Below are positions 1 through 15,071 of a DNA stretch of 64,000 bases, in pieces. The notes beneath the pieces are model-generated. The model was not told the DNA's origin, ran no database searches, and saw only the letters and a program-made list of their open reading frames with translations. A program made the position numbers and the translations under genes. The stretch comes from the human T2T-CHM13v2.0 reference genome, Homo sapiens, in the NCBI RefSeq assembly GCF_009914755.1, contig NC_060930.1. The stretch is one strand, 5' to 3'. Every line of letters starts with the position of its first letter. The first letter of the stretch is position 1.

Positions 1-339
1 TGTTATTTTCTTCACTGGTCCATTGAGAAAGTTACTGGATCAGAGATTCATGAAACCTCAAGCAATAAGCCATGGTACATGGCTGAGGTGGAGCAGGCTG
101 TCATGTCTATTACACTCCAGGAGCCTCCAAGGTGCAAAGCACATTCTGCAGGGTATATCAGAACTGTTCTCCCTTGGTTCCTCTCTCTCTTTCAGGTTCA
201 AAGTCCCCAGTGAGTCACTTGGGTAAGTGAATGCTCTTGGACTTATGTCAGTCTCCTGGCCATAAATAGTCGTGATCAGGCAGGAATAAGTAGAGAAGTA
301 CAGAGAGCAGAGAGTGGTGTTTTTACTACCTTTCCAGAT

Positions 340-1200
<861 letters not shown>

Positions 1201-3204
1201 TGTTCCTGGAATGCAGGTGTGTAAGATGAGAATGGCAAGAGGTGAGATGAGAGAGACACACCTAGGAGCTACAACATAACAGCTCTTATACTCCATACCA
1301 GGCTAAATATTTTTTTCCTTTTTATTTTCTTTTCCAAAAGGAATGGAAGTTTAAGGACTATGAACAGATAATAGCATAGTCAGGTTTATATAATATCTCA
1401 GGTATAATATAATTTATATATGGACTGAACAGTGGTAGGTAGATAAAGCAGAGGTGAAGAAACCAAGACATTTTAAAAATATAGACCTGATAGGAGTTGG
1501 TGATTTATTTGACTAAGGAAAGAAGAATATTAGAAAATAATTTTTGATCATTAATTGTTGATTATTCACAGAATCTTATTTATTCCTGTAACTGATTTTA
1601 CAATTAAGGTATAGTGACTGATAATCTCTGTAAAAAGACTCATGGTTCTTCACCTATACAGACATAAACTTTTCCTATCTTATTGAATGTCAACTTTAGG
1701 GCTGATTTTAAGAATACATAGGAATTCACATATGTATTTTCAGCTGGTATAATATAATATCATTTCAACAACCCCACAAACTCAGCTTAATCCATAGTTC
1801 AGATTCATACCTTTGTATTGATTAATAGTCTATTATTTTGTTTCCACAAACTATTTTAATAAGTCATTACTAAATCCTGTGGCCAATGGTACTCTTCAGA
1901 GATCTCTATGTACAATGGAACTTACTATGACAGAAATATTTTACAAATTGTCTGCTGCCTATTGCTTACATTTCAGTTTTTTATCTGGTTATTTCCTGAA
2001 AATTATAAGAAAACACTTCAGAAAAACAACCAAACACACACAGTTATAAATGAGCTTATGAAAGAAAATTTCAGTTGGAAGAACTGCACCATCCCAATTG
2101 CCTTGATATTCTCGTTGACTCTTTTTCTTTTTCTGAATTTCCCCTCTCACAGGTTTTCTCTTAGAGGTGATTGTGGGCCAGATGAGTCTAGTAGGCAGTG
2201 TACTGTAATTCTATGGCATCGTGGAGTTCTTCTCCAGTAAAAGAGATTTTTAGACCCAGGCCCAGGGCCTTTGTTTGAGTTAACCTATCCATCAGTTACA
2301 TGGATGCTCTTTGTAAAACTTGACCCTGAACAGGGACCAGTTTTATTTGAATATTGTTGAGCTTATTAGCATGACTCCTTTGAAATGCTATCTTTTATGT
2401 TACATGTTTTCTCTTCTTTTGTTTCCATTCTTTCCATAGACTTTAAAAACTTCTGTTTCGGTGAATAGAAAACTCATTTTTTTTTTTTCTTAAATCAAAA
2501 GCTCTTGCTCCTAAAGAATATCGAGTGCATTCATATTTTGCGATTTAGGGCAGTGCTTGGTGTTACCTTTGTAAATCAGATAAGTTTGGCCTACCTAGAG
2601 ATGAGTGACATTCAGTGTGTTACTAACTCCTGCCAGTTTCCCAGTTAACCCCTAATGATCAAGCCAATCTCGTCACCCTCATATCCTCTATAGGGGGAAA
2701 GTCTAGATAGAAAATGGCTTTCAATTTAGGGTCACAATTTCACTTAATAAGAACATTATAGTGACCTTGTTTTACAATGATTTATTTTTCTCCCTATTCT
2801 AAGTCTTACTTAAAACACATATGCACCAAGAAAATATTTTTCTTTGTATATTTTAAAATAAGATTTCTCTTATTATAATAAAGGTGATAATAGATCTTTA
2901 AACTGACATATTTAGAAAATACAGGGAACAAAGAAATCACCCTATATGTCTTTCTGGCCTAGCATCCTTCACTGATATAGCAAAACTGAACTTCTCATCA
3001 AGTCTTGTGACAGTCCTTTATGTAACCTGCTGCCTCATTGGCCCAGCTTTTGCAGTTTTCCAGGAATTGGGGCTTCTTTTCTGCTTTGAGTGCTCTTTCC
3101 TCAGAACTGCACATGCCTGGCTAATTCTCAAATTTCAAGTTTTAATTATAAAATAATTTCAACAGCAGGACGTTTCCACCTAACCCATTAGACTATCCTG
3201 AAGT

Positions 3205-3378
3205 TTTGTCAAATTTCTCAATCTTCCAGCAAAAGCCAGAAATTCGGATTTTTAGGTGAATATCTCCAAATTTTGAATGTTATCTAATTTAATTTAAAAA
3301 CAAATACTATGCAAGTCAAACAAAACTGGCCATCTGCTAATCATATTTGGCCTGTTGATGACCAGTTTGGAACTTCTG
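3205..3378 (-). mobile_element. hAT-Charlie MITE fragment (MER102-like)
   Basis: AAGCCAGAAATTCGGATTTTTAGGTGAATATCTCC and terminal CCAGTTTGGAACTTCTG resemble the reverse complement of remembered MER102. Confidence 0.55.
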
Positions 3379-3399
3379 GCTTACCGCAGTCAATGCCTA

Positions 3400-3548
3400 G
3401 TGTGCTGATTTGCTGTTTCTTTAAAAGTTACCTTCTATTGGAAAATAAGCTCCAGGAGAGCAGGAGCCTTATTTGTCTTCTCGGTGCTATTTCCTCAGCA
3501 CCTGGCTCACAGCAGGAATTCAATTAATATTGGTTGTACAAACGAATC
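3400..3548 (+). mobile_element. L2 3' end
   Basis: AAGCTCCAGGAGAGCAGGAGCCTT...CAGCACCTGGCTCACAGCAGGAATTCAATTAATATTGGTTG. Confidence 0.65.
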
Positions 3549-4186
3549 TCAAAACCCGAAAATAACATTTTAGAATCTATGTATTACCTTTTCCTCCAAA
3601 CAAACATTAACAAGAACAACAACAATAAATAAGAAATTTTTACAGTATGCATTTTCTGGTAACTTGATCTCACAGTTTTTCAACTGCAATTCCATTATTA
3701 CTGTATATTCTCCCACACTGTGGATAGTAAAATATTAGATTTTAGCTGCTCTATAGAATTGCCAGAGGACTTTGTTGATTGCTTTCTACCCTCATTGTTC
3801 TACACATTCTCAGCATTTATATGCACCATGAATATTGTCATTTGGTTAGTGTTTAAATTGTAGCTCTTTTTTGAATATTTTCCATGTGCACCTGCTTTCC
3901 TATTAGGTACCGAATTCTTCAGGAGGCCAGAGACATAGTCTCAAAATATGTATTGTCCAGATAGGGTAAGTTAAAGTATAGTTTTAGTCTGGTTAGACAC
4001 ATTATACCATGAATTACAAAACAAAATACAACTGGGCCATTTTTGGAAGCCTGAGTTCAGGTTGTTGACCGAGAGACCTGGGTTCTTATTCCAGCTCCAC
4101 TACTAATTATGCAGCCGAAGAATTTCTGTCCCAATATTTTTTCATGTGCAAAATAAAGAAGCTAAAGTTAATTGTATCTAAGTCAT

Positions 4187-4925
4187 CTCACTCTAGAATG
4201 GCTACTACCAATAATAATAATAATAATAATAAACCCAGAAAATAACAAGTGGTGGCAAGAATGTAGAGAAATTGGAGCCCTTGTGCACTGCTGATGAAAG
4301 TGTAAAATGGTGAAGCCACTGTGGAAAACAGTTCCTCAAAATTAAAGAAAAGGATTACCATAAAACCCAGCAATTACATTTCTAGGTAAGTACCTCAAAT
4401 AAGTGAAATCAGGATCTCCAAAAGGTATTTGTACACCCATGTTCATAGCAGCATTATACACATTAGACAAAATGTGGAAGCAAATCAAGAGTTCATTGAC
4501 AGGTGAAGAGATAGACTATATATGATATACACATACGATGAAATATTGGTCAACCTTTATAGAAAGGAAATTCTGACATATGCTACAACATGGATGAACC
4601 TTTAGGACATTGTGCTAGGTGAAATAAGCCAGTCACAAAAAGGAAAATACCATATGATTCCACTTACGTAAGGTCATCAGATTCATAGAGACAGAAAGTA
4701 GAATGGTGGCTGCCAAGGGCTGAGGGAGGGAGATGGGGAGTTATTGTCTAACAGGTATTGAAGTTTCAGTTTTGCAAGGTTAAAAGCATCCTGAAGATGG
4801 ATAGTAGATTGTCATTATTGCACAAAAATGTGAGTGGACTTATTACTGTTGCACTGTATACTTAAAAATGGATAAGATAATTAATTTTGAATTATGGGTA
4901 TTTTACAAGTAAAAATAATTAAAAG
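4187..4925 (+). mobile_element. L1M (L1MB-like) ORF2 3' end and 3'UTR
   Basis: AATAACAAGTGGTGGCAAGAATGTAGAGAAATTGG, CCCAGCAATTACATTTCTAGG, ATGCTACAACATGGATGAACCTT, and an A-rich end. Confidence 0.9.
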
Positions 4926-6651
4926 TGTACCTGAGGACACTTCTTGGTAGAATGTTTTACAATTCTAGAAGTTCTCATGGAGACCATGCAAAGAGCAACT
5001 TTCAGGCTCTTCCTCAGCCTGGTACTGTATTCCCTAAAGGGGAGTCAGGCTTTTGGCAGGTCCTCAACCTCCGTCATCTGTCCCCCAGTTCTGTGTCCCA
5101 GAAGACAGAATAGACACCTGATTCTCTCCACCCTGATTACACGTTTCCATGAAAACAAGCAAGTTCTTGTAAATGATCTTTTCTTCTATGTTTAAACTGA
5201 AGGTTTATTCTTCCTTTTCTACTTTGACTAACACATTTCCTGGCCCTTAGCCTAGTCAACCTCCAAGCAGAGTCATGGCTTTTTTTCATAGGCATTTTAT
5301 CCTTGCGTCTCAAAGAATCAATCCACCCTCTTCTTTCTGCTCCTCCTGCACATTCAGTTCCCCTGAGCTGTGTTCAGCTGTCAGCCTCCGCAATGAGCGG
5401 CACCGATTCCCCGAGTTATTAGGGAGCACTTGGAGCGTCTCTGCAGCACTGATACTGACAGTTGAACACACAGGAGCAGCTGGCTCAGTGGGGAAAGAGA
5501 GGGGAGGGAGTGAGAGCTATTCATTGCAGTGTATTTATAACTTGGCCCGGAAAGCAGGGATGGAGGTATTCAAATAGCAAAGGGTGAAAAGACATTTTAT
5601 CCTAATTAAAAAGGTAATTAAGTAACACACCGAAGAATTTAAATCAGTGCTCTTGGTTTTTATGACAGGTCTGATGGTATAACTACCCAGAAATCTTTTT
5701 GGAACAACAAATGCTGCTTCTTAAGCTCTGCTGCTTGCTGAGTGGCCACCTATGGATGACAAATTACAGTAGGAATCCTAGGCAAGAGTGTCTGAGATAA
5801 GTAAAGATTTCTCTCAAAGGAAAACATTGTATACAGGCATGAAATCTCCAGCTCGCCCAGATTAAAGCTCTGTGCCCACGTCATCACCACTGTCTCCTCT
5901 CTCCCTACCCACACTTCCCATCCAAACTGACCTGATCAATTTAATGATTACCTAGAAGATCTTCTAGTTTTCCCATACTCACTTCTTTTTCTTCAGCCTA
6001 TTCTAATTTATGGCATTTCCTGTTATGGTCTTCAGTGGGTTTTTGTTTCCAAATATTTACAAATTAAATGTAGTTTTATGTATATATATGTGTTTCTTAC
6101 CATTTGATGCTGCATGTCCTACTGAGGTATTTCTTAGAGAGTGAGGAAGTAGGCCATTGATTTCAATATCAAGTTCAAATGTGTGAAAATTCCTAAACAA
6201 TTGCTAGTCAGCCTTTGAAAATTTCAGGAGTTTCTTTGCAACTAACAGTCCTGAAACAAAAATTTAATTATCTCTTGCAAATATTATTTTAACCAGGTGC
6301 TCTTATACATTGCCGATTGTTTTGAAGTACCATAAATTCATTATTTTTCATCCATTCAATTTCTTACTTTGTGAGTACTAGTTTATTGTTTTCTTTGGAT
6401 TACACCTGTAACAAGTTTATAATTATCTTCAAATTTATCTGAGTTTATTGTCCTACATATAAAATAGTCACATGTGTGTATTTATATATAATAGTGTTTT
6501 GTTTCTACAGATGAAAATATAAGACATAAATGTAAGGCTACACACATGTACATACAGTGTGAGATTTAATATATATAACAAATATTTTATGCTATTTAAC
6601 ATGAGAAATATGGACTATCTCTTAGTAGGTCAAAATGATATGACAATTACC

Positions 6652-6900
6652 TTTTTCTTTTCTTTTTTTTTTTCTTTTGAGACAGAGTCTCACTTTATCA
6701 CCCAGACTGGAGTGCAGTGTTGTGATCAGTGCTCACTGCAGCTTCGACCTCCCAGGTTTGAGCAATCCTTCCACCCCAGCCTCCTAAGTAGCTGGGACAA
6801 CAGGTATGCACCACGATGCCCGGCCAATTTTTCTATTTTTCCTAGAGATGGGGTTTTGCCCTGTTTCCCAGGCTGGTCTTGAACTCCTGGGCTCAAGTGG
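6652..6900 (-). mobile_element. Alu (AluJ-type, 5'-truncated)
   Basis: T-tract then GAGACAGAGTCTCACT; J-type CTCCTGGGCTCAAG. Confidence 0.9.
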
Positions 6901-7212
6901 ACAATCACATCTTAATGTGACTTACCAAAACAAAATACAATAAAAAATATTTGGATGTGAGTTATCCCTATGAAATGATAGTCCTCATTAATTTGCATAT
7001 ACATTCTTTGGACTACTCAGGTTATTAAAGAAAAGTGGAAAAGATGTTTATAATACTGCATTTGTTTCCTATATGAAATGAACCATATCATAGCAAACAG
7101 TCTTTGGGTTACGAAGAATATTGAATTTGTGCTTTGCCAAAGTAAAGAGCAATGCCAACAGTTTTAGTCTCACCTGAAAGGATTTATCAGAAAAAATATA
7201 TATATATATATA

Positions 7213-7852
7213 CAGCACATTCATATTATTCATCGTAGTTATGTCCTGTAAAGTCTCTGCAAACACTGAATTAGTGAATACTGAACCATTGCTCCTAGAG
7301 GAAACACAGGGTTAAGTTCCTGGCAGCCTCTGGTCGCAATTTTATCAACTGTTCAATACATAACTTTCTTCTATGTGTGTTTTTTTTGTTTAAAGACACC
7401 TTATTTAATATGTATTTTTGATACATTAGCTTTGAACTCACAGCCAAAATGCTATAGCTCATAAATGAGCAAAGCTTATCTAACACATGTATTTTCTCCA
7501 TAAGTCATAGCACAGTCTACTTTTCCCTAAGAACACTAGAGAGTGCTTCAGGATTATGCATGGGGACCATTTTAAATACTAAAATTATCAACAAAAGGTA
7601 AAAAAAAAAAAGAAGCATAAGACATGGCACTAAATAGACTGAAAAAAGTATACTTGTTTCCAGTATGAAAACTGAAATAGGAAGGCAGAGAATCGTCTTG
7701 TTCAACTAGGAATGTGAGCATTGAGTGACTCAAATTTTTCACTGTTGTGTACATAAACACAAATTACCACAAAAGTAACATGAATATTAATTCTGAGGGT
7801 ATGAGTGCATTTTAGAATTTGCAAATATAAAATCTGTAATGAGGACCAACTG
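7213..7852. mobile_element. MER82-like Tigger-family MITE (about 640 bp)
   Basis: TA-flanked ends TA|CAG...CAACTG|TA; internal AACACTGAATTAGTGAATACTGAACCATTGCTCCTAGAGGAAA. Confidence 0.75.
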
Positions 7853-10542
7853 TATCTTTAAGTTTCAGAAAACTATTAAATTATCATAAAAAAACCTATT
7901 TTGTTAATACAGTAATTTTATCCATCCATTTACATTTATTTTGATTTTCTTATAAATGCCCAAATTAAAAATGAAAGAAGATAAATAATTTTTGACAAAT
8001 GAAGATTATTGATTCTAGTAAGAATCAAAGTTCTCTTGGATGTAGGTCTGCACCCTGAATTGGTTCCAACTTCTTTGTCAGTAACCACATTGTTTTTCCA
8101 TTTTCATGGTAGTTAGAAATTCTTCTGGGGAATATAAACGGATTCCTATTTTTACAGCCTGCACCAAATGTCTGAATAACCTCAGTGGACACACTATTGG
8201 AATGTGTGGGTTTTGGGGGATTCAGGAGGTTGAATCTTCCTATATCCTTAAAATGAGCAACCTTACTGCATTTACATGTTTTAGGAACTTTTTATGATTT
8301 CAAAGAGAAATGTCCAATATTTTGTCAAGTGCTAGAAGAAATTAACATAAAAGAATTTAAAATGATAAAATATGGATAACTACAATGTTAAAGTTATTAT
8401 TTGATAATTGGGTTTAAAATCTCTTAATTTCCGGGTAAAGACTATACAAAATATGATTATGTATCCTACATCTACAAAATGACCTATATATTCAAATATT
8501 TTTGATCTGCAATTTGCTGGAAAGCTTATTTAATTTGAAGTGCCAAAGTTGTATACAATTGAAATCAGGTTAGTTTTAGGAACTTTGCTTTAATTCAGTT
8601 CTACTGAAAATTTTTATGGGCTGTATGGTGCATGGATCATCTCTAAATGTGGGTCCATGGCTCCTGCTTTACAGACCACCATAAAGAAAGCGTCATTTTG
8701 GGGAAAATAATACTTATATTTTTACCGATTTTTCTCAATAATATTTGTTCCCTAAAAGATGTTCCTAATTCAAATCCAAGGAACTGATCAGAATTTTTTT
8801 TTTATTCCTACCTTGTTTTTTCTTTTCTCTGAACTTAACACTGATATTTTCCAAAGGCAAACTATAGGAACTTCCACACAGCATTCTTTTCTCTCTCATC
8901 TACCAATCTCCATACCAAAAAACAAAATGACAAAAAAAGACATTAGACTCTAAATTCTAACTTACAAATATTGGCAGTTTTCAGTATTTTTTTTTCTCTG
9001 CATCTCAAGCCTAATGAGGGTGAACAGTAGTGAGTTCATGAGCTTCTCCAAGTGAGCCTAGAGGGCCCAGCTTATCCCTGATGAGCTGTTCTCTGAAGCT
9101 CTGGTGTTTACCAAATGTGTCAGATGGATAATGTTCATTAATGAACCTGAATATCTTGAAGCAGAGCGATTCCTCCAAATATTATGATGCTTTAATGACA
9201 CTTGTAATAAGACCACCAAGGACTACCAGCAGCTAACAAATACACATTTCCAAATGTAACATTAGTAAATGTTTGAATGCAGCAAAACCTTAAAACTGGT
9301 ATATGAAAGTCTGCTTATTCTGCCTCCTGAGGGCCTCATAAATGAATAAGCGATGAGTGAGCCGGTGCCACAAGCAGAACTGGGGCTTCGGGGAAATGGG
9401 CAGCAATGGCATTTACAGCAATTTGCATTGAATATGTGGAAAAGGGAGAAAAACCAAACAGACATATAAGTGTAGAAGGGAGCAGAGACACTAAAAAGGG
9501 TTATGAAATATAGCAAACTAAATGACTTCCTGTATATTCGCACAAGAATCACTGTGAGAATGTGACTGAAGTGCCATTGTCTGGTCCAGCTTTCTGTTGA
9601 CCTCCTTATACCAAAGCGTTGTCCTGGGACTGCCTGTCTGCTTGTGACATTGCTTTCTTCTTCCTACCCTACTCCAGGGTTCTGCTAAGCAACGAGTCTT
9701 AAGTCAGTCTCTTTCCAGCTTCATGGAGAGAAAACAAGTGCATTCAACTTTTCAGTGCATCTCTGTGGACTTCTATAGGCAGCTTTCACATCCTTGAGCT
9801 TGTGTTTTCATACATGAGTTGAATATGGTGGTTGCTTTTACTATTAAGTAGCCAACAGGATATTATTTGGAATCTATGTCTGTTCTTATTTTTTTTCTCC
9901 ACAGCAATTCTTACTGAAAAAATACTGAAAACTAATAAATCTAATTTCTACTTCCCCACAGAAAGGTTAGTGAAATGTTTTCTGAAGGGTAAGAAAGGGC
10001 ATGACTATTAATAAAGTGTCAGGTGGAGTTCACAGTCTTACACTATTTTATATATCCTCTTTGAAATAAAACCTATATTTACCTATAATTCATTCATTCA
10101 ATAAATATGTATCAAGTGCCTATTTGACATAGAGTGATATGTGGATGATTAGTAAATTATTTATAGGAAATATTTATTACATGATACAAAAGGCCATAAA
10201 AGAACATGGGACATTCAAAAATTTATCTTCTTTTGGAAAATCAAGTTGCTATCCACCAAACTTAGTGCAGCTTTTACATATTTGTGTGCAAATATTTTGT
10301 AAAATGTGACAAACCTTATGTTTATTAGGAATGTAATGTCTTTCTTACCTCCTTCTCTGTCTCTTTCTTTCTTCTTTCTTTGTAATCTTTAATAATATTT
10401 CTTACTTGCAGATAACAGAAAATATTTATAAAAATGTTTCTCCTTTCTCCTTATGTCATGTAGATTTGAGTTCTAATTTTTGTTCCTACATACGTGTAGG
10501 TAGTTACTGATTGAAATACAATCATTGTATTTATACTGTGTA

Positions 10543-10581
10543 TATATTCTGTGAGTATAAATTGTATACTCACAGAATATA
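10543..10581. repeat. Perfect inverted repeat (17-bp arms, 5-nt loop)
   Basis: TATATTCTGTGAGTATA-AATTG-TATACTCACAGAATATA. Confidence 0.95.
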
Positions 10582-10984
10582 GTACACCCAGATTCTTCAA
10601 ACTTTTCGACTCATTATTCTACTCCCACCAAACTTTATACGTATCCAGGACAGCCCCTCTGAGCCTTCTTCGTGCTATCACTAAAAGCTATAATTATACA
10701 TGTAAAGTTTACAGAAACAAAGATTAATTAGTCAAATACTTTATTATACTGCTTCAGACACTTATAGTCTTAAGGGTGACTAAAAATAAGTAACACAGCT
10801 GCTTTTATTATGCCTTTAGTAAATAAAAATAAGTTTATATTTTCCTGTCATCATTTTGTCGTAACTAATTAGATTCAGTAAACACTATCTTAGCAAAGAA
10901 TACTAACTAAGGTTATGATTTGGGAGTAGATTTAAAGACAGAAACATTGCTTATGGGTTTATATCTTGTTTTTCCTTGTTATCT

Positions 10985-11284
<300 letters not shown>

Positions 11285-11783
11285 TCTTCTTCTCTTAAGG
11301 CAATGCCATGCCTATTAGTAAGTTTCATTTTGTGAGTTCTTAGAGAAATGAGTTAAGACATGGTCTATTACATCTAACTTAAAATGTTTATCCTGCACTT
11401 ACTGTTTTATTCACTACCTTCGTCAACAGAAATATGAAATGAGTCCTAAATTTCATTGTCATGGATTTTAAATTTCATTTCCAAATTCTGTTTTCAGTAA
11501 TATGGCAAAAAAAAAATTGACCCTAATAAGCCTTCATTCCTCACAGCTATCTCCATTAGAGTATATTCTTTTCAACCCAAATATCCAAATGTGGGGTTGA
11601 CTTTTTTCTTGCTCCCCACTGCCATATTTGTGGTAGCAGTCTCTCCTGGTGGATTCATTCTTTTATCACCATTAGGATTCTTCCATGTTTACATTTATGC
11701 CTCTCAGCATTCTGCCATTTCAAGTTTGTGGTGTTATCTCTTTCAGTGATTTCTGTCTCCACCTAGTTACTGACTGACAAAAC

Positions 11784-11846
11784 CACATCTCATAATGACT
11801 ATCAATAAAGATGACACATCTCATAATGACTATCAATAAAAATGAC
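11784..11846. repeat. 31-bp tandem duplication
   Basis: CACATCTCATAATGACTATCAATAAA(G/A)ATGA x2, one mismatch. Confidence 0.95.
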
Positions 11847-11883
11847 TTTCCAATATTTCTTCTTAAAATTACTTTTCTGTGGA

Positions 11884-12385
11884 TGTGATGGTTAATTTTA
11901 TTTGTCAACTCATACGAACTAAAGAATACCCAGATTGCTGGGAAAACATTATTTCTGGGTTCACTGTGAGGGTGTTCCCAGGAGAAATTAGTATTTGAAT
12001 CGGTAAACTGAGTAAAGTATATGGTCCTCCCTGATGTGGATAGGCATAATCCACAGCTATCCACCAGCTTGAATAGCACAAAAGGAAAGGAAAGTTGAAT
12101 TCACTCACTCTGCTAGAGCTGAGATGTCTATCTTCTCCTGCCTGCCCGCAGATATCAGTGTTCTGGGTTCTCAGGCTTTTGGATTCAGACTGGGATACAT
12201 AACATCGGCCTCCCAATTCTCAGTCTCCTTCAGACTCAAACTGAGTTACACCATCAGCTGTCCTGGTTTTCCCTCTTTCAGACAGCAAATAGTGGGACTT
12301 CATAGCCTCCATAACCACATTGAGCCAATTTCTGTAATAAATATCTTCTATATATATTAATATATGGAGAAGTCTGACTAATACA
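11884..12385 (+). mobile_element. MLT2B-type (ERVL) LTR
   Basis: Starts TGTGATGGTTAATTTTATTTGTCAACT and ends CTGACTAATACA; AATAAA signal near 12336. Confidence 0.85.
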
Positions 12386-12550
12386 GGTTTTGGTAACAAG
12401 AGTGGGATGCTGTTAAAATAAATATCTAAAAATGTAGAAGTGACTTTGAAACTGGAGAATGAGTGGAGGGTGGAAGAGTTTAGAGGCACATGCTAAAAAA
12501 AGACTACATTGCTATGAATGAATTATTAAGGATGATTCTGGTGAGGGGCT
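12386..12550 (+). mobile_element. LTR-retroelement internal 5' region (PBS plus MaLR-int-like sequence)
   Basis: TTTTGGTAACAAGAGTGGG directly after the LTR, then CTAAAAATGTAGAAGTGACTTTGAAACTGG...GATTCTGGTGAGGG. Confidence 0.7.
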
Positions 12551-12964
12551 ACTTCTCAGTCATATTAATTATTTACTTGTGATCAATAGGGACCAAGTCC
12601 CTCACTGACAACACAACATTGTCATTCTGCCATTCATACCCAGACAACACAGTATTGAATATTCCCCACTGTTTACTTCCTTTTTCTCCCTAATACTCAC
12701 TTCCCAAGGTGTGTAATTAAATTTTGTATTCTACTTTATTTGTCCTATTATACTCTCAGATTTCAACTCCTGGTCTACTCTTCATGGAATTTCTCTTGTC
12801 TTCTCACTTTTAAAGAACTCTTAGTTTCCTATTTCAAGGAGTCCTATTTAGAGGGTTAATTAGAGGTGATCCAGCAGAGTTTTCTAATTTTACAATATTT
12901 TAACCATAAATGGAAGCACTAACTGTCTCTTCACTAGAATTAATTTTCTTTTTTTTTTCAGGTC

Positions 12965-13330
12965 ACAACTAGGATCTATTTCCTGCCTTTTCTTACGGTT
13001 AGTTGTATCCTTGCTATTGAGTTCTAACCAATGGAATGTGAGTGAAACTGATATGTGCTATTTCTGTTTCAAAGCTTTTAAGAAGCAGGCATGCAATATG
13101 CTCCATCCCCTTCCCCTTTTGTAAAATAGATCCAAATGATGAGGTCTTAAGGGATGGTGGATCCATAAGATGAAAAATATCTTCATCTTGCATTCAGAGA
13201 TCTTTGAATCTCTAAATGCAGTATATTGACCTGCTTTGATTTCTTATGTAAATGAGAAATCATCTTCTATTATGCTTGTGTCATACTTTTCTGCCTATTC
13301 TCTGACTATTGGCAAGACCCTAAACAATAC
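12965..13330 (+). mobile_element. Old MLT1 (MaLR) LTR fragment
   Basis: GAGTTCTAACCAATGGAATGTGAGTGAAACTGATATGTGCTATTTCTG motif; boundaries approximate. Confidence 0.6.
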
Positions 13331-15071
13331 CTCATTTATTAACAAGACAATGAAAGGGGGAAAAATGATGCCTCAGATTTTTTTGAGGTTTTAATTTTGT
13401 ACTTTAGTCATCTGTGACTTGTAAAATTTTCTCGTACTGGATTTTAAGTTTCTAGAGAATAAGAACATCCATTTTATCCTAAATAAATGACGATATGTGT
13501 ATAGTAGTCAAGTAGAAGGAAATAATATTATGTCTATAAAACTTGTACGTAAGTTCCTTAATATAAATGTTAAACACTAGCATATAAAAACACTTGTTTT
13601 AAACATTCAATAATAAAGTGTGATAAATTATTTTAGTATAATGAAGTATTAACAAAAAGCATAAGACCAAGAAGTGTACACATAGAAAGTGCTGTATTGT
13701 GTCATTTATTATTTGCCACCCATTCTAATTATCATAGCTCTTATAGTTACCTACCATTCTTAAAAATCCTCAGAGAAAATGAATGTATAATCTGCTTTTG
13801 TTGAGTTCTTAATTATCCATAGCATCTATTCACTTCGAAATTATGAAAAACTCCAGCAGGCTGTTTCACTTCACAGAAATCCTGCAGCAAGGCACCTGGC
13901 TTTCTGGTTTATAAATAACCTTGCTCTGTACTTTATTTTTTTGGTAAATGAATTCACTTGAGCTATATATCATTAAGGATTTTGTTTATGAGAGGTTCAG
14001 AAAGAAATAGCCAACATAAAGTAGCAGTGGCAGATAATGAAGCAAGTCATGAAGCATATGACAACACAGGTTTGAGAATCAGCTTATGGATGATCTGCTG
14101 TCTGTGAACCCTCTCATCTAATATTTGTAAGCGCACAGCTGGCAAAGCTTCCAGTATTTTTCAGAGCCTTTATTGATTTATGTAGGAATAACAAATAGAC
14201 CCACAGATATTCTACTAAAATGGTGTTGTTATCATAAGGGAATAAAAAGTATCTCTTGTTTTGTCTGATTTGGGGCACAATCCCCTTAGTGTGTGAAGCA
14301 TTAAGTGCCTCTAAAACAAGCCTCTTATTGACCACACCAGAAACAGGAGGAAGGCTCCTGGTAACAAAATCATTCTGGAAAATTTGAGATTTAACAGCCC
14401 ATTAACCTGCTATTAAAGACCACTGATGGGAATTTCTTAGAGAAATGAACTTGCATTGTGTGGGAAGTTAGCAATGACACCACAAAGGGAACTTGGCAAT
14501 GGGAGGGGGAGGGAAAGGAAGATTCTTATCAAAACCCATGCTATTAAAGAAATGAAATTGGAGCTGCACAGAGCTGAAGACACAGATTATGGGTAATGGT
14601 GCAGAACCAGGTTACATCAGCATTGAGTTTCACGCAGTTCCCATTCTATTTTACCTGCATTGGCAGAAAGTTGAGCCAGTGTCAACTTCCACTTAGAATG
14701 CAGTTGATCACAGTGCTATGGAAAGCCAAATTGACAGTTAAGAGGAAGCAAGAGGTTTAGGGTCATGTCTCAGCTGGGTTTTAATTCATTCTCGTTAGGC
14801 ACACTAATACAGCAGAGCATACAGGGGGTGGTGGATCTTTTTTTTCTTCTCCTTCTTCTTCATTTTTCTTTCTTTCTTTGTTTTGTAGACCATGAATCAT
14901 GAATATTAATGCAATTCCATTAAGGTTGCCACGGAGTGTCCAGGATGCTGGTGGAGGGGGCGGTAGGCTGCCACTTTATCATGTTATTGGATTTGTTTAA
15001 AGAAAGGTTCCTGACACGATTTTCCAAATGCAGCCTGGTGAGCAGTCCCTGCCATCAGGTGATGTATCTGA

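Noticed and set aside
2100-2240. Strong acceptor-like site (TTCCCCTCTCACAG|G, about 2152) within ORF 1908..2240
   Set aside because: There is no convincing downstream donor and the peptide is unrecognisable.
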